DNA of 63,205 nucleotides, filler included, from Kipferlia bialata (taxonomy: Eukaryota): the NCBI GenBank assembly GCA_003568945.1. It is 5 parts of 4 records of this genome, joined end to end, with 100 filler letters (N's around TTAATTAATTAA, not from the genome) between each part and the next. Parts side by side here need not be neighbours in the genome. Positions count along the whole stretch, not along the records: positions 38,429 to 58,340 come from BDIP01000407.1; 4 more parts are not named here. The stretch is one strand, 5' to 3'. Shown piece by piece: positions 38,329 through 51,777 of the stretch. The translations under genes and the position numbers were made by a program. The notes beneath the pieces are model-generated. The model ran no database searches. It was not told the origin of the DNA and was given only the letters and a program-made list of their open reading frames with translations. Every line of letters begins with the position of its first letter. Positions within the stretch are counted from its first letter, which is position 1.

Positions 38329-38428
38329 NNNNNNNNNNNNNNNNNNNNNNNNNNNNNNNNNNNNNNNNNNNNTTAATTAATTAANNNNNNNNNNNNNNNN
38401 NNNNNNNNNNNNNNNNNNNNNNNNNNNN
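38329..38428. other. artificial contig linker
   Basis: N44-TTAATTAATTAA-N44. Confidence 0.98.
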
Positions 38429-38449
38429 GAGAGAGAGACATTGAGAAAG

Positions 38450-38515
38450 GGTGACTCAACAGGAGAGAGGGCACGGGCCTGAGGGGTGAGAGAGTTAGGG
38501 ATATATATGCATATG

Positions 38516-38547
<32 letters not shown>

Positions 38548-41500
38548 CTGGAGAAAGAAGGCATGGGCCTGGGGGGTGCATAGATGGTATTTATAGTGAA
38601 TTGTAAATTGACATATACACAGTGCCTTTACCTCTAGTCCTGTATACGTATATACACACATATATATACACAGTACCTTTGCCTCTAGACCACACCCCCT
38701 GAGGTATGGGTGTGTGTTGGAGATGCATGACTCCATCAGGCACTCACACGTGGGGTAGAGACCGGGGGAGCCTAAGGTGAGATATATATACATATTACTA
38801 TAACTACACAATATGTATGACTCCATCAGGCACTCACACGTGGGGTAGAGACCGGGGGAGCCTGGGGTGAGAAGTGACACACACATATAGATATATATAT
38901 ATATACCAATATATATCCACCCACCTGCACACAGCATCCCCAGTGCACAGACACATGCACCCATCACACCCACACAGTTGGGGGGATAGGAGATACTACC
39001 CTTAGACTTGTCATTAACCACTGCCCCTGGCACCCTAGGTACTCTAGGGGTGTGGGAGGGGATGCCCTTCTGACGCCTAGAGGGTGAGAGAGTGGATATA
39101 CACTAAATACTCCCCCGCACCTACATCTATATAAATATACATCTAGACTGTCTAGCTCCCTATCCAAATAAATATATACATACGTGTATGTGATTGTATC
39201 TATGTATACCTAGCTATGTGCAGTATGAGTGGGCACAGACTCTCACCCAGGGGTGGGTACCTCATGCCCACAGAGCCAAGGACTGGGGTGGGGGAATGAA
39301 AGAATACAAATACATACACGAGTATTTGATATGAAAACAAAGTGTGCCTGAATGGGAACAAAGAGAATATCACTCTATAGTAGATGAGTGAGCTGGTACT
39401 GATACCATTGATTGCATCCTCCATCACATCATATACATGTTTCAATAGACATAAGATAGTACATATACAAACACAGCATATATATATCTCATACCCTTGA
39501 CAGCCTCCTCCATGACATCATATGTAGATATACACAGGTAGATACAGAGATAGATAGACATATATATATACCGCTACAGTATATTAATACAAATATCAAC
39601 CACACTGTACCCTTGATGGCCTCCTCCATCACATCGTCATACATATGTCATATGTATGATATATATATACTATATATATACCACACTGTACCCTTGATGG
39701 CCTCCTCCATGACATCATTATAGGCAGAGGAAGGGGTGCCCTCCTTGGTGGTGCCTGGGGGGTGAGACAGATGTTAATGAATATATTTAGAGAGACACAT
39801 GATAACATATGTAGATATATATTTATGTATACATATATAAATATATGAATACATGTATATCTGTATAATAATGATGTAGATCCCTCCTTGGTGGGGTCTA
39901 GAGGGAGAGACAGATGACAGCAGTCCATCACCGACAGAGCTATGGGCTAAGCTGCAGCTCTCAAGTTGAGAGTTTCAACAAGCAGTATGTACATATATCC
40001 TCCGCCAGTGTACCTGACCCTATGATTCTATGATTCTATGTGCAGGAGTATAAGTACCAGTGTAGGTCTCTCTTACATATGTATATGTGCGAATGTAAAA
40101 ATTCCACATTTATGTACCTGACACTATTTGGAGGAGTGGGGTCAGGTAGTTCATGCATATATACATTTAATATATATACACTATACGTGCATATATATAT
40201 ATATACTATATATATATACTATATACACCATTCACTATTCATGTATATACTCTCATCTGACACTATATACATATATGTGTGTATTCCTAATTGTGTACCT
40301 GACACTATATGGAGCAGTGGGGTCAGGTACTTCTTGGCCACCTGGTAGTCCATACAACATAGCCTAGAGTGAGTATCTACACTAAAGATCACAATACTAA
40401 TATATGTATGTACACATACTGTGACCCTATATTAGAGACAAACCCCACCAACCTCCCTATCCCCCGTACTGCTGTCCTCTAGTATATATAGGGTATATAC
40501 ATGTATATATATACGTATATATACGTATACATAATGAGAGTACCTCCCTATCCCCCGCACTGCTGCCCTCCTGGACCGTGTGCCATGGNNNNNAGTACCT
40601 CCCTATCCCCCGCACTGCTGCCCTCCTGGACCGTGTGCCATGGACATATACAACAGGCCTGGTAGGGGTAGGGGTACTCCTACCGGCACCAGGGGACACC
40701 CTACCAGTGGCAGGAGGGTTAGTAGCACTAGCGCTACCAGCACCGTTCTTTGATTGTTCCGAGGTTAGGTGGGTACTGCTAGTACCCTTAATGGTAACCC
40801 TGGTTGGTCTAACACCACTCCCCTTCACATCACACCCACCACTGGCCCCCTTGCCATGTCTGGTTGTAGATGAAGTGGTAGATGTATTAGAAGCACTAGC
40901 AGGTGCTTTGGGGGCAGTGGTAGTACCACCCTTAGAGGGTGTGGTTGATGCACTCTCTTTGGCCTTGGTGGATGACGCCAGCACAGCCACCAGTCGGTCC
41001 AGGACAGGCAGTCTAGAGGGTTAGAGAGTGTGGTATGAATATAGAGAGAGAGTAAGACTTTAATAGACTAATAGAGATGACGTATATGTATATATGTATG
41101 ATGCCAGTCGGTCCAGGACAGGCAGCCTGAGTGAGACAAAGAGGTACACATACATTAGGCCTAATATATATATGCAAACACACCTGAACATCCTGGGACA
41201 TACTGACAATTTCCTTGTATATATGCCTATATAGGAAATACACTACAAAGAGTGGACATGCTATAGATAGTTAATATATATATATATATCATACCTGAAC
41301 ATCCTGGGACACACTGGCACAAACTCAGGTAGACACTCTATCGCAGAGGCGACAATGGGGTCTTGGGCGGTATGGGAACATTCACTGACCGGTGAGATAT
41401 ACTCTGAGTACTATCAGTATCAGATACTGATACTATCTGTACTTCAATATAATATCGACGGAAAATTGTGACAAGGATAGAAAGGGAGCACTGCCTAGGA

Positions 41501-41953
41501 TTCATACCTGTCGTAGTGTATCTCCACTATGTATGTATCAGTTTCTATGTCAGTAATACCTTATATAGTTGATACATATATCAATATATATGTATATATA
41601 TATGACATACATACATATAATAGTGCCTGTCCACCATGTCTGTACCTATCTGATATGATATACACATGATATACGTATATATACATATGCCTATCGTAGT
41701 GTCTGTCCACTATGTCTGTGACCATGCTCCATGCATACAGGATATGATATATACACATATATACATACCTGACATAGTATGTCCACTATATACATACATA
41801 CATGCATATACATCTATATACACACCTATCGTAGTGTCTGTCCACTATATACACACATGTATATACATATAAACATATATATACCTATCATAGTGCCTGT
41901 CCACTATGTCTGTGACCATGCCCCATGCATACAGGATGTCACGGGACACAAGG
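38450..41953 (-). CDS. internal part of a multi-exon hypothetical protein with a Thr/Ser-rich segment
   Basis: In-frame splicing gives ALVSRDILYAWGMVTDIVDRHYDS|ECSHTAQDPIVASAIECLPEFVPVCPRMFR|LPVLDRLVAVLASSTKAKES... No start codon found. Confidence 0.6.
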
Positions 41954-42378
41954 GCTGGGTAAGAGGGGGACACAGGGGGAGAGAGAGAGAGATGTAGGCA
42001 ACAACAATGCAATCTAGCACCAACTGAGACACAGGAGAGGGGGACACTGGGAATGAGTGGCTATACAAGAAAGAGAGCGAGAGAGAGAGAGAGGTGTCAC
42101 GGGACACAAGGGCTGGGTAAGAGGGGGGGAGAGAGGAGGATCAAGAATAGAGACATATGTGAAAACGGGAAGCAATGAAGGGAGGATTGACTGGGTTTCT
42201 GAAGACTCCAAACAGGGAAAGAGAAATGGATGCAGGTAGAGAAGGAGAGAGAGAGGGACATATGGAATGTAAGGCAGAGACAATGACATGAGGGTACTAT
42301 ACAAGAGAGAGAGAGAGAGAGAGAAAGGGGGGGGGGGGGGGGGGTAAAAAAAGTGGGGAGAAGAGGCTCTGACCCCAG

Positions 42379-42420
42379 CAGGTATGTCTGCTGCAGCTGG
42401 CCATGACTACACGGACAAGG

Positions 42421-42454
<34 letters not shown>

Positions 42455-45400
42455 ATCTACAATATACTATATAGAATACATCGATACTCTCTCTCTCTCT
42501 CTATCTCTTATACATCAGCTGGTCATGACTACACAGATAATGAGGTACCCTCTCTACATTCACAAAGTCTCTCTCTCTCTCTCACTCACCCTCTGTTCCT
42601 CCTCCGCTGAATGTCTCTCCAGGTGTACTATGCATATATATATATATATATATATAGTCTCTCTCTCTCTCTCTCACTCTCTCTCTTCCCTCTATGTCCT
42701 TAACCTTCAGGTATTCAAGAGAGTGTACCCTGGCTGGGCCAAGAGAGGCTTCTCCATGCAGGTATGCACACATACCCATTGTGTACAGGACCAGACTGGT
42801 ACCATATATTCCCAAACAATATCATATATATATCGTTATATATGTATATATTTATAGGTTTTCTGATACTTCCCCACTGCACTCACTCTAGTACCAGCTG
42901 ATGGGATACACTCGATGTGTATATACGTATATATATCTATTCTTCTATGTACAGCAAGCTATAATATGGTCATGCATGTATATAGCCTCTAATGCCAGTA
43001 CCAGCTGATGGGCTACACTGGATGGACAGAGGCGGAGAAGTGGGGGTACTACACAGCACACCTGGGGTAAGGATTCTTCTGTACAGTATATAGAAATGTT
43101 GCGCCCGTGGGATAAAGAATATGTATAGTATGTACATAACACATATATTATACATTATATACTCACCCCAGACTGATGTACTTCAATGACGCCCCCAACC
43201 CATTGTACCAGACAATCAGAGCAGTGATAGGGTACGTATTGCTATATATACAGAATATAGTATAGTGATAGGGTGTATAGGGTATGCTCCCAACCCATTG
43301 TACCAGACAATCAGAGCCGTGATAGGGTATGTTGTATATATAGAGAATATAGTATTGTGATAAGGTGTATAGGGTATGCCCCGAACCCATTGTACCAGAC
43401 AATCAGAGCAGTGATATGGTACGATGTGTGTTAACAAACTGTGTATATATGAATTTATGATGAGTATGCGATGAAATATTACCCGGTCGCTACATATATT
43501 ACGACTCATTGCAATCGCGTTCATCAACTGCCTCTCACTCTAGAGATAAGCCCCACTTCCACATGACATCCAACGTGGACGGACTCTTTAGGAGGAACGG
43601 GTTCGACCCTGCTGTGATATATGAGCCACAGGTTTGTGTTGTATTAGGGCGTTATCTATATATATGTGTATGATATATACAGTGTACCTATCAACCTTTG
43701 TCTAGGCTCAGCACTAACCCTTAGGGCTCCTATGGCCGGATTCAGTGCGAGGGCCCATGCTCCCAGACATCAGGTAGATGGTGTAAATTAGTATTATATG
43801 TATACTCAAATATATGGATATATCTCCACCCCAGTCTGGGACATGAGCCCTTTTTCACCTTATACATATTCAATCACACATGTATCCACATATGTATATT
43901 CATTCCAGTATATCTATAGTTTACATGCTTGTCCTCACCCCAGTGTGGGACATTGAGCCCTTCTTCACCTTATACATGTTCAATCACACATGTATCCACA
44001 TATGAATCTTCATACCTATATATATACCTTATGTATTGTTACTCACCGCAGTGTGGGACATTGAGCCCTTCTTCGGCAGTGAACACATACGTGTACATGT
44101 ATCTACCTTCGTATACCGTATATTATAAGTATACCTTATGTATTATCACTCACCGCAGTGTGGGACATTGAGCCCTTCTTCAGGAAGTGCCAGGGGGCAG
44201 TGTCAGAGGATCAGGTATATATGAGTGGGTTTGACATCATTGTGTATATGTAACATGCAGTAAAATGGAATATCTAACTGACCCCAGATCATCACTGACC
44301 CAGCTGCTGTGCCAAAGTGTCCCAAGTGTGGGGGGTACGGATATATAAGAATATATCATAGGAATTGTCTATATGTATATTCATATATGTGTATATCATG
44401 TGTTATACATATGATCTATATTCATTCTATTGTGGTATTATGCTTAGTCTCACCCCCATATATTTGTATACACAATCATAGAGTGGTGTAAATATGTCGT
44501 CACTATCCCTCTCACCCCAGTACCATGTTCATCAATGCCAGGGCAGACGGGTCATTCATAGAGGTATGTATAACTATTCTCTAACCCATACTAATATGTT
44601 CTATGAATAGGGTAGAGCTATCTATTTGCATTCCAACCCTGACCCCCAGGCCCCTGAGGAGCAGAGGCAGGCACTGGACAAGTTCCTACAGGTACTGGTA
44701 TATATATGGACTATATATAGTATTATTATTAATTATCAGGTACTACTATCGTAAGTACTAGCGTAATACTTTCACGTCACTTACGTAATAATATCAGTGT
44801 TGATACATTATTATAGCATTGATACAATTTTATAGCATTGATACAATTTTGTACTCAAGCCTTAGGCCCACCGGAACGACAAGGTCCTCTTCCTCGAGTT
44901 GGGTGCTGGCATGAGTACACCCAGCGTCATCAGGCATGGACTCCCCTCTCTCTCTCTCTCCATGTACATTTACGGGTCACAAGATCAGACATCACACACA
45001 CATATATATATATTTGCAAATACATTCCTCTAGCCTTATACTCAGGTGGCCCATGGAGCGTCTGACCAATGCATTCCCCAACAGCAACCTGGTACGTATG
45101 TAGTGCACATTGATGGTCCGTCTAATTAATAATCATAGAGGGACAGCCATATATATATATATGTTGCCCTATATATATGGATTAGTCCTAACGACTAGGT
45201 CCGTCTTAACTGGGAGTATGAGGCTGCATATATATATATATACATATATGTATATATATATAGTCCTATGTGTGTGTGTATGCATGGATAATCTATCGTT
45301 CTAATTGTTAGGTCAGGCTGAACTGGGAGTATGAGGCTGTTCCTAGACAGCTGGGGGATAGGGCATTTGGGATCAAGGGTACGTTTCCCATTGTTATGTT

Positions 45401-45610
45401 CCTAGTCCGTCTAGTCCGTACAAGTTGCCCATGACCTCTTCTAAGAAGAGGCTCTTCTTCTCACTATCATTCCAGAATACATCAAGCAGGGCTCCAATAT
45501 ATATTATTAGTATATCCTTCCTTGGTACTGACACTGATACTGACCCCCCAGGTGATATCAAGGCAGTCATCGATAGGCTGGCGGCACAGATGGATATCCC
45601 AACGGAGTGA
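42379..45610 (+). CDS. class M sirtuin (SirTM-like NAD+-dependent protein ADP-ribosyltransferase), N-terminus missing
   Basis: 14 exons splice in frame to AGMSAAAGHDYTDKEVFKRVYPGWAKRGFSMQYQLMGYTGWTEAEKWGYYTAHLGLMYFNDAPNPLYQTIRAVIGDKPHFHMTSNVDGLFRRNGFDPAVIYEPQGSYGRIQCEGPCSQTSVWDIEPFF...VPKCPKCGGTMFINARADGSFIE...KVLFLELGAGMSTPSVIRWPMERLT...IKGDIKAVIDRL...TGA. It has the sirtuin AGMS motif, T-x-N-V-D, a four-Cys zinc site, and QG in place of HG. Confidence 0.9.
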
Positions 45611-45898
45611 AGCCGTCATGTAGGACTCTCAGCCGGGGGCACTATCTTGTGTTGCACTATCGCAGAACGAGAGACTTACTGTACTGTCCTTTAGAATAGA
45701 ACTCTTGGCCCATAATTCTACGTGTTTGTCGGTGGTGTTGGAATTGGTTTGACGTATTGACTGATTCCTTTGATACAACTATTCAAGATAACTATTCGTG
45801 AGACCAGCTAAATTTCTCTATTGAACACTATCCTAGCCTCAAGCTGACACGGCCTCATCAAGGATATATAGAAGTGCACTAAACTAACACAATGTGCT

Positions 45899-48088
45899 CT
45901 ACCAGTATGACCTTGTCACGTGTCCCCCATGTACTGCCGGTCCCTCATAGCTATCGGTGTCTGTGGGTCTGGTGCGCCATGTGCTAGTCTGATGATGAGG
46001 ATAGACCCATGTTATTACACAGAGAGAGAGAGAGATGTCAGTGTCTGTGGGGGTGTCACCGGGTCTGGTGCGCCACGCACTGGTCTGGGGTTGATATAGA
46101 CCTTAGGAACACATTGTATATACTATATATACTATATACACATAGATATATAGGGTCACTGGGTCTGGTGCGCCATGCACTGGTCTGATCATTAGGATAT
46201 ACCCATGTTTATACACAAAGAGAGCGAGAGAGAAAGGGAACAGTGAATACAAACCTCCAGTATCGCTCCATCTCTGGGCTCTGCACATATGATCATGAGG
46301 AAGAATATATACACTCTAGTATATTCATAAATGTGTGTGTAATTATCTACAAACCTCTAGAATTGCCCCATCTCTAGGCTCTGCACATATGATCATGAGG
46401 AAGAAGACCAAGGAGAGGAGGCACAGGATGACAGTCACGCTGATGATAATAATGCCTGATATTAAGGGTGTAGAGAGGGGGAGAGAGATTGGAAGAAGAC
46501 CAGGGAGAGGAGGCACAGGATGACAGTGACGCTAATGATGATAATGCCTGGGTAATAAGGGGTGTAGAGAGAGAGAGAGAGAGAGAGATAGGCACAGGAT
46601 GACAGTCACACTGATGATGATAATGCCTGGAATTATCAATTATGGGTGTAGGAAGAGAGAGAGAACACGAGAGACAAGATGTGAGAGTCACGGTTATGAC
46701 TAGGGTATAGAGGGAGAGAGAGAGAACGTACCTGGTGGCACAACAACTGCACAAGCCTCGATGGTGGAGTATGTGATGATCTGGGGTGAGGTATAGTATA
46801 GTTGTTACCCATAAACACCATACATACATATACATAGTATCCATGAAATCTGTACATATGCATACCTGCCCTCCTGCCTTCATATTCTATATATATATAG
46901 GTAAATATTCACAGTCTAAACCTGCCACTGCCTTCATAGGTACACCAGTACCTATGGTATATACAGAGTATATTCCCATACTTCAAACTATGTATACAGA
47001 TATATAATATATAGTATACAGATACTCATATCATACCTGCCCCACTGCCTTCATGGGCACCCCTGTGTCTGGGCCCTCCTTCCTCTGCCACACGTTGAAG
47101 CATGGGGTTAGTATATGTAATATATATAAACATAAACGGATAGTATATATATATATGGTTGAATAGTTATGTATCATCTTGTTTACAAACCTGGCATTGG
47201 GCTGTAGCACGTGCACTCATCTCTACTACCAGTATTTACAAATATATATATATACGTTTCTAATGTAATAGTACTGTATTGCTGATCTGTACACAGTTAT
47301 ATATATTGATATGTATACCTGGCATAGGGTTGTAGCACGTGCACTCGTCCCTTCTGCTACACGAGAAGTGTCTGAACCTGGGAAAGGTTAGATGTGTGGC
47401 ACAAGAATGAACGTATGAACGTATGAACGTATGAACGTATGAAGTGCCAGAAGGGAGGTACGTACCAGCGGTATGTTGTGCCAGTGGCATCTCCGAGGAC
47501 ACACTCGTTGTAGGAGTCAGGGAAGCCCTGGATGTCAGGATCAGTCTACATTCTAGTTCACCTTATGCAAGACACGTTATGGACAGAGAGAAATACATAT
47601 ATTAGACTCAATACCTCGTTTGTGATTGGGCATGTCATGTACACCACGGACCGGACCTCGTCCTCGCTGGGGGTGAGAGCATATAATCGCTATATAGGTA
47701 TATATATGTGTATATATGGAAGGATGTGCATATAGATTAATATAGAGAGAGAGAGAGAGAGAGGTCATGTACACCACTGACCGGACCTCGTCCTCGCTGG
47801 GGGTCAGCTGCTGATATACATATCAACATGAAAGGACACATATATGTTGGTAATAAAGAGAGAGATAGACCTGCAATAACTCATACGCAATATAGATATC
47901 CAACACCTGTTCTCCCTCGACCCCCCCTGGAACACAGCTGTGACATCCATATATGTACAGACAGAGTATACTATACAAAGAGTATATATTATATAGTATA
48001 CACAATACTATCTCTACCTATTCTCCCTGGACCCTCCCTGGAACACAGCTGTGAAGCCACCATGGGGACCACCTGAAAATAAGGGTGT

Positions 48089-48125
<37 letters not shown>

Positions 48126-49769
48126 GAATCTATGTTTTTTGGCGGCTATCAAGCCTAGCCCCTTATGTGTTATATGAGAGAGGAAGAAGCCACCATGGGG
48201 CCACCTGATAATAAGGGTGTAGAGAGAGAGAGATTGATTAAGAGAGAAAACACACGAGGAGAGAGAGAGGACAGTGATACCACCATGGAGAGAGTGAGAG
48301 AGAGAGGTGAACACTTTGAAAAGAGGGAAAGAGAATATTTGTATGCTTCATATACAACTTCTCCCATATACACTATTTAACGTATATTCTAGCAACACTA
48401 ATGTGGCGTCAACACACCTGGGTGGTCCATGTACTCCATACTAGATTTCATATACTAATTCACTATTCCACAGTAGAATATACACATAGAGAATATATCT
48501 CAGTATATGTCATATATATGCGGATTTACCCTATTGAGTTGTGTATGCATACCTGGGTGGTCCATGTACTCCATACCAGGCTCAAATATGCCTGGGGTGA
48601 GATAGGGTCTCGGCAGACAAAGATAGTATTCATACCTCCTGAGAACACGTATGTCATGCCATCTGGGTCTGTCTGCAATGCACATATTATACCCTACCAT
48701 AGAATACAATCCAGATATATATAGAGAGAGAGTACCTCCACTGAATACATATGTCCTTCCGTCTGGGTCTGTCTGCACTGTGCATACTATCCACTACCAT
48801 ATAATACCATATACTAGAATAATACTTAAAGATATACACCAGATACATAGAGAGAGAGTACCTCCACTGAATACAAAGACCCTTCCGTCTGGGTCTGTCT
48901 GCACAGTGCACACAGCACTCCCTTCACACACAGACAGACCGGTCAGGGGGCCTAGAGTGAGAGCATGGAGGGAGGGAGAGAGAGATAAGAGAGAGAGACA
49001 GACACAGTACATGCTACCAAAAATATATATATAGTGGGACACAGACAGGATCGTCCCCACCTTGGGATATACATATATGCCCCGTAACTTGCATCCTTCT
49101 GTGTATATATCGGTCTGTGTATACACATATATACCTGTCAACTCCACTGCCGTGTCTATGGCCCAGTAGAATGCCATGAAGGTACCATTGGACAGGGTCT
49201 GGGGGTAAGTATGCATGTATGTATATATATATGAATCAATTTTCAAGTGTACTAGATATATAGAGAAATATTTACCTGTGTAGTGTGGTACATCATGACG
49301 GTGGGAGTGACACCGGCACTCTCACTCTCTATCTGCCTCTCTCTCTCCCACTCTCTGTGGTACATCTCTGCAGGGGTCTCTCCCTCTCCGTTTATGAGGG
49401 CGACATCCTCCATGTCTGACCCATAGAACCTGTGTGTCAATAGTATTTGTATATATATCTCTCTATATATCAATCTACATCCTAGGCCTTAAGTGATATA
49501 TATGCAAACGACACATAACAATGTATACCTAGCGTCCCCCTCGTGCATACTCCTGATGCTTGTGGCTGTGACATTGTAGGGGGTGCCTGCACTGTTAACC
49601 CACAGGGGGCCTGGGGGGTAGTGCATGTATATATGAATATACATATAGACATATACACATATACAAAGAGAGAGGGGTAGGGAATAATAACTATAGATAC
49701 AAATAGTGGGGGGGGGGGGGGGTGTCGGCCCACAGGGGGCCTGGGGGTTAGTGTATGAATATATATATG

Positions 49770-49801
<32 letters not shown>

Positions 49802-50100
49802 CAGGAGTTACAATATTCCCAGTTCTGGAGAAATCTAAGACGACATATATGAAAGGGAGTTGGGGGGGGGGGGGTGGGGGGGGGGGGGTTAGTTTGGTAC
49901 AAATACATCCTTGATCTGATACATCACTGGTTATAGAACATACCTCAAAGCTGGGCGGGGGAAGGGTCTCCTCAACACCACCCATGCCTATATAATTCAG
50001 TCTCTCTCTCTCTCTCTCTTCCTTGACGTCTGCGTAGTAGAAGCACTGCCTGGCCCTGTGGGGAGGTGGCTTGATCAAACTGGGGACACTGAAAGAAGAC
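45899..50100 (-). CDS. multi-exon probable single-pass membrane protein
   Basis: Cys-containing ectodomain-like exons, then hydrophobic GIIIISVTVILCLLSLVFFLMII and a short tail ending ...VTRSYW-TAG at 45899. 5' structure unresolved. Confidence 0.65.
47407..47443. repeat. intronic 8-nt tandem repeat (ATGAACGT) x4.6
   Basis: Four perfect copies plus ATGAA. Confidence 0.9.
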
Positions 50101-50435
50101 CTATATAGAGTGCACTCTGCAGTGATATCCTATCACTGATAGAAAGATGGAGGGTTTGATGTGTCAAATTGACATTTTGATCCAACTCGATTAGTCACCC
50201 ATTTCGCCCTCAGTCGCTCAAGCTGAACATCATTCGAGCTAATAGCAATCCTTCTGCGTATGTACAAAAGATATATAATAATTTATCACGAAAATGTAGC
50301 GCATTGCTACGGGTACAGCCGATATAGACTGTACAGTGTAATGGATACATATGCTTGGAAACTCGCGTTGAGTTAAGCCATACAGGTATACTCCCTCTGA
50401 AACCGGAGAGTCGGGTATCTGCATGTGCATTCCCT

Positions 50436-51740
50436 CTAAATAGGTACCCCGTTGATGACCTGGGGTGAGGGTACGTGAATATATACATGTACAACATGTA
50501 TATATATATGTGTGTGTGGAAGGGACACTTCAGAGAGTGCAATGTACCTCCATAAGTGGGTTGGTCCTGTGCTCCGGTCTCTTCTCCTTGTTCCTCTGAG
50601 TGACAACATCCACCATGTACACCCACACAGTGAGTAGACCAAGGCCTAGGGCAGAGTATCCTGCGGCACTGGGGGGATGAGGAGAAAAGAGGGGAGAGGA
50701 TACTGTAAGGATAGCAGCAATATACCCACACAGATGAATAGATGCACACATACTGATAGACACATACCTTCCGATGTCTGATATGAGACTCAGGACAGAG
50801 TAAGGCACCACGACCTGCTGAAGGGTGTCATCCAAGGTCACACTGATGTACACCACGCCAGTGTTGGCTGAGGGGGCCTGTGGGGAGAGGGAGGGAGAGA
50901 GAGGGAGACACACAAGGGGTATATGGGTATATATTGACAGACATACACATGAACATGCATACATGCACACACACCTCGAATGTTGATGCTGTGTATGCCG
51001 TTGCCAGGGTGTAGTGGTCTATCTGGGTGGGCACCAATGGCAGTATGCCGGATAGATAGGTGGGTACGATGGAGACAGAGACCTCAAGGTGGTACCCAAG
51101 GCCTAGGGGGTGGGGACAGTGTAGATGTAGAGGAGAGAGACTGATATCATATTGTAGTGAATACATATATGAATGCATGCGTACCTGGGAACATTGGCAG
51201 CTTTGACTGGAGGAGTATGTCCCCCCTGCCCCCTCCCACACTGGCCAGGTCCCACACCAGAGGAGTGTCAGTGATGCCGTCATAGACATACAGGGGGGAG
51301 GCAGTATCCATGTCTAGGGTCAATGGGGGGGGAGGGGGACAATGTGTGTATAGGCACGGTGACAGAATCAGGTAACCGCACCTGGAGTCTTGTACCACGG
51401 GAAGGATGGGGCATACTCACTGTAGCCATGGGAGTCGATCAGGGCCTGGGAGTCAGTGGTTGTTAGTAGGAGGCAGAGACAGCATGTCACACCATGGAGG
51501 CAGCCTGTCACACCTGAGTGTCCGGCAGGTTGAGTTCCAGACTGGCATCAAACGCGAATGTGGGGAAGTCTGCATAGTATGCACCGGCTACAAGGGAGGA
51601 GAGCATGGGGCTAACGTCTGAGGTGAGTGAGAGGTGAGTTAGGCCACCTGTGTCACCAGAGATCAATTAGATGAATACTTCCTCATACACTCAGCGTGAC
51701 TTGCATTGTTGACTTGCATTGTTGAATATATATATGTGTG

Positions 51741-51777
<37 letters not shown>

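Noticed and set aside
40539..40643. Perfect ~50-nt direct repeat
   Set aside because: Identical copies flank a 5-N gap, which is probably an unmerged scaffold overlap. Not counted as an echo.
43820..44185. Echo arrays as CRISPR repeats
   Set aside because: The repeats are copies of exon ends in a spliced eukaryotic gene, the spacers are related low-complexity DNA, and no cas genes are seen.
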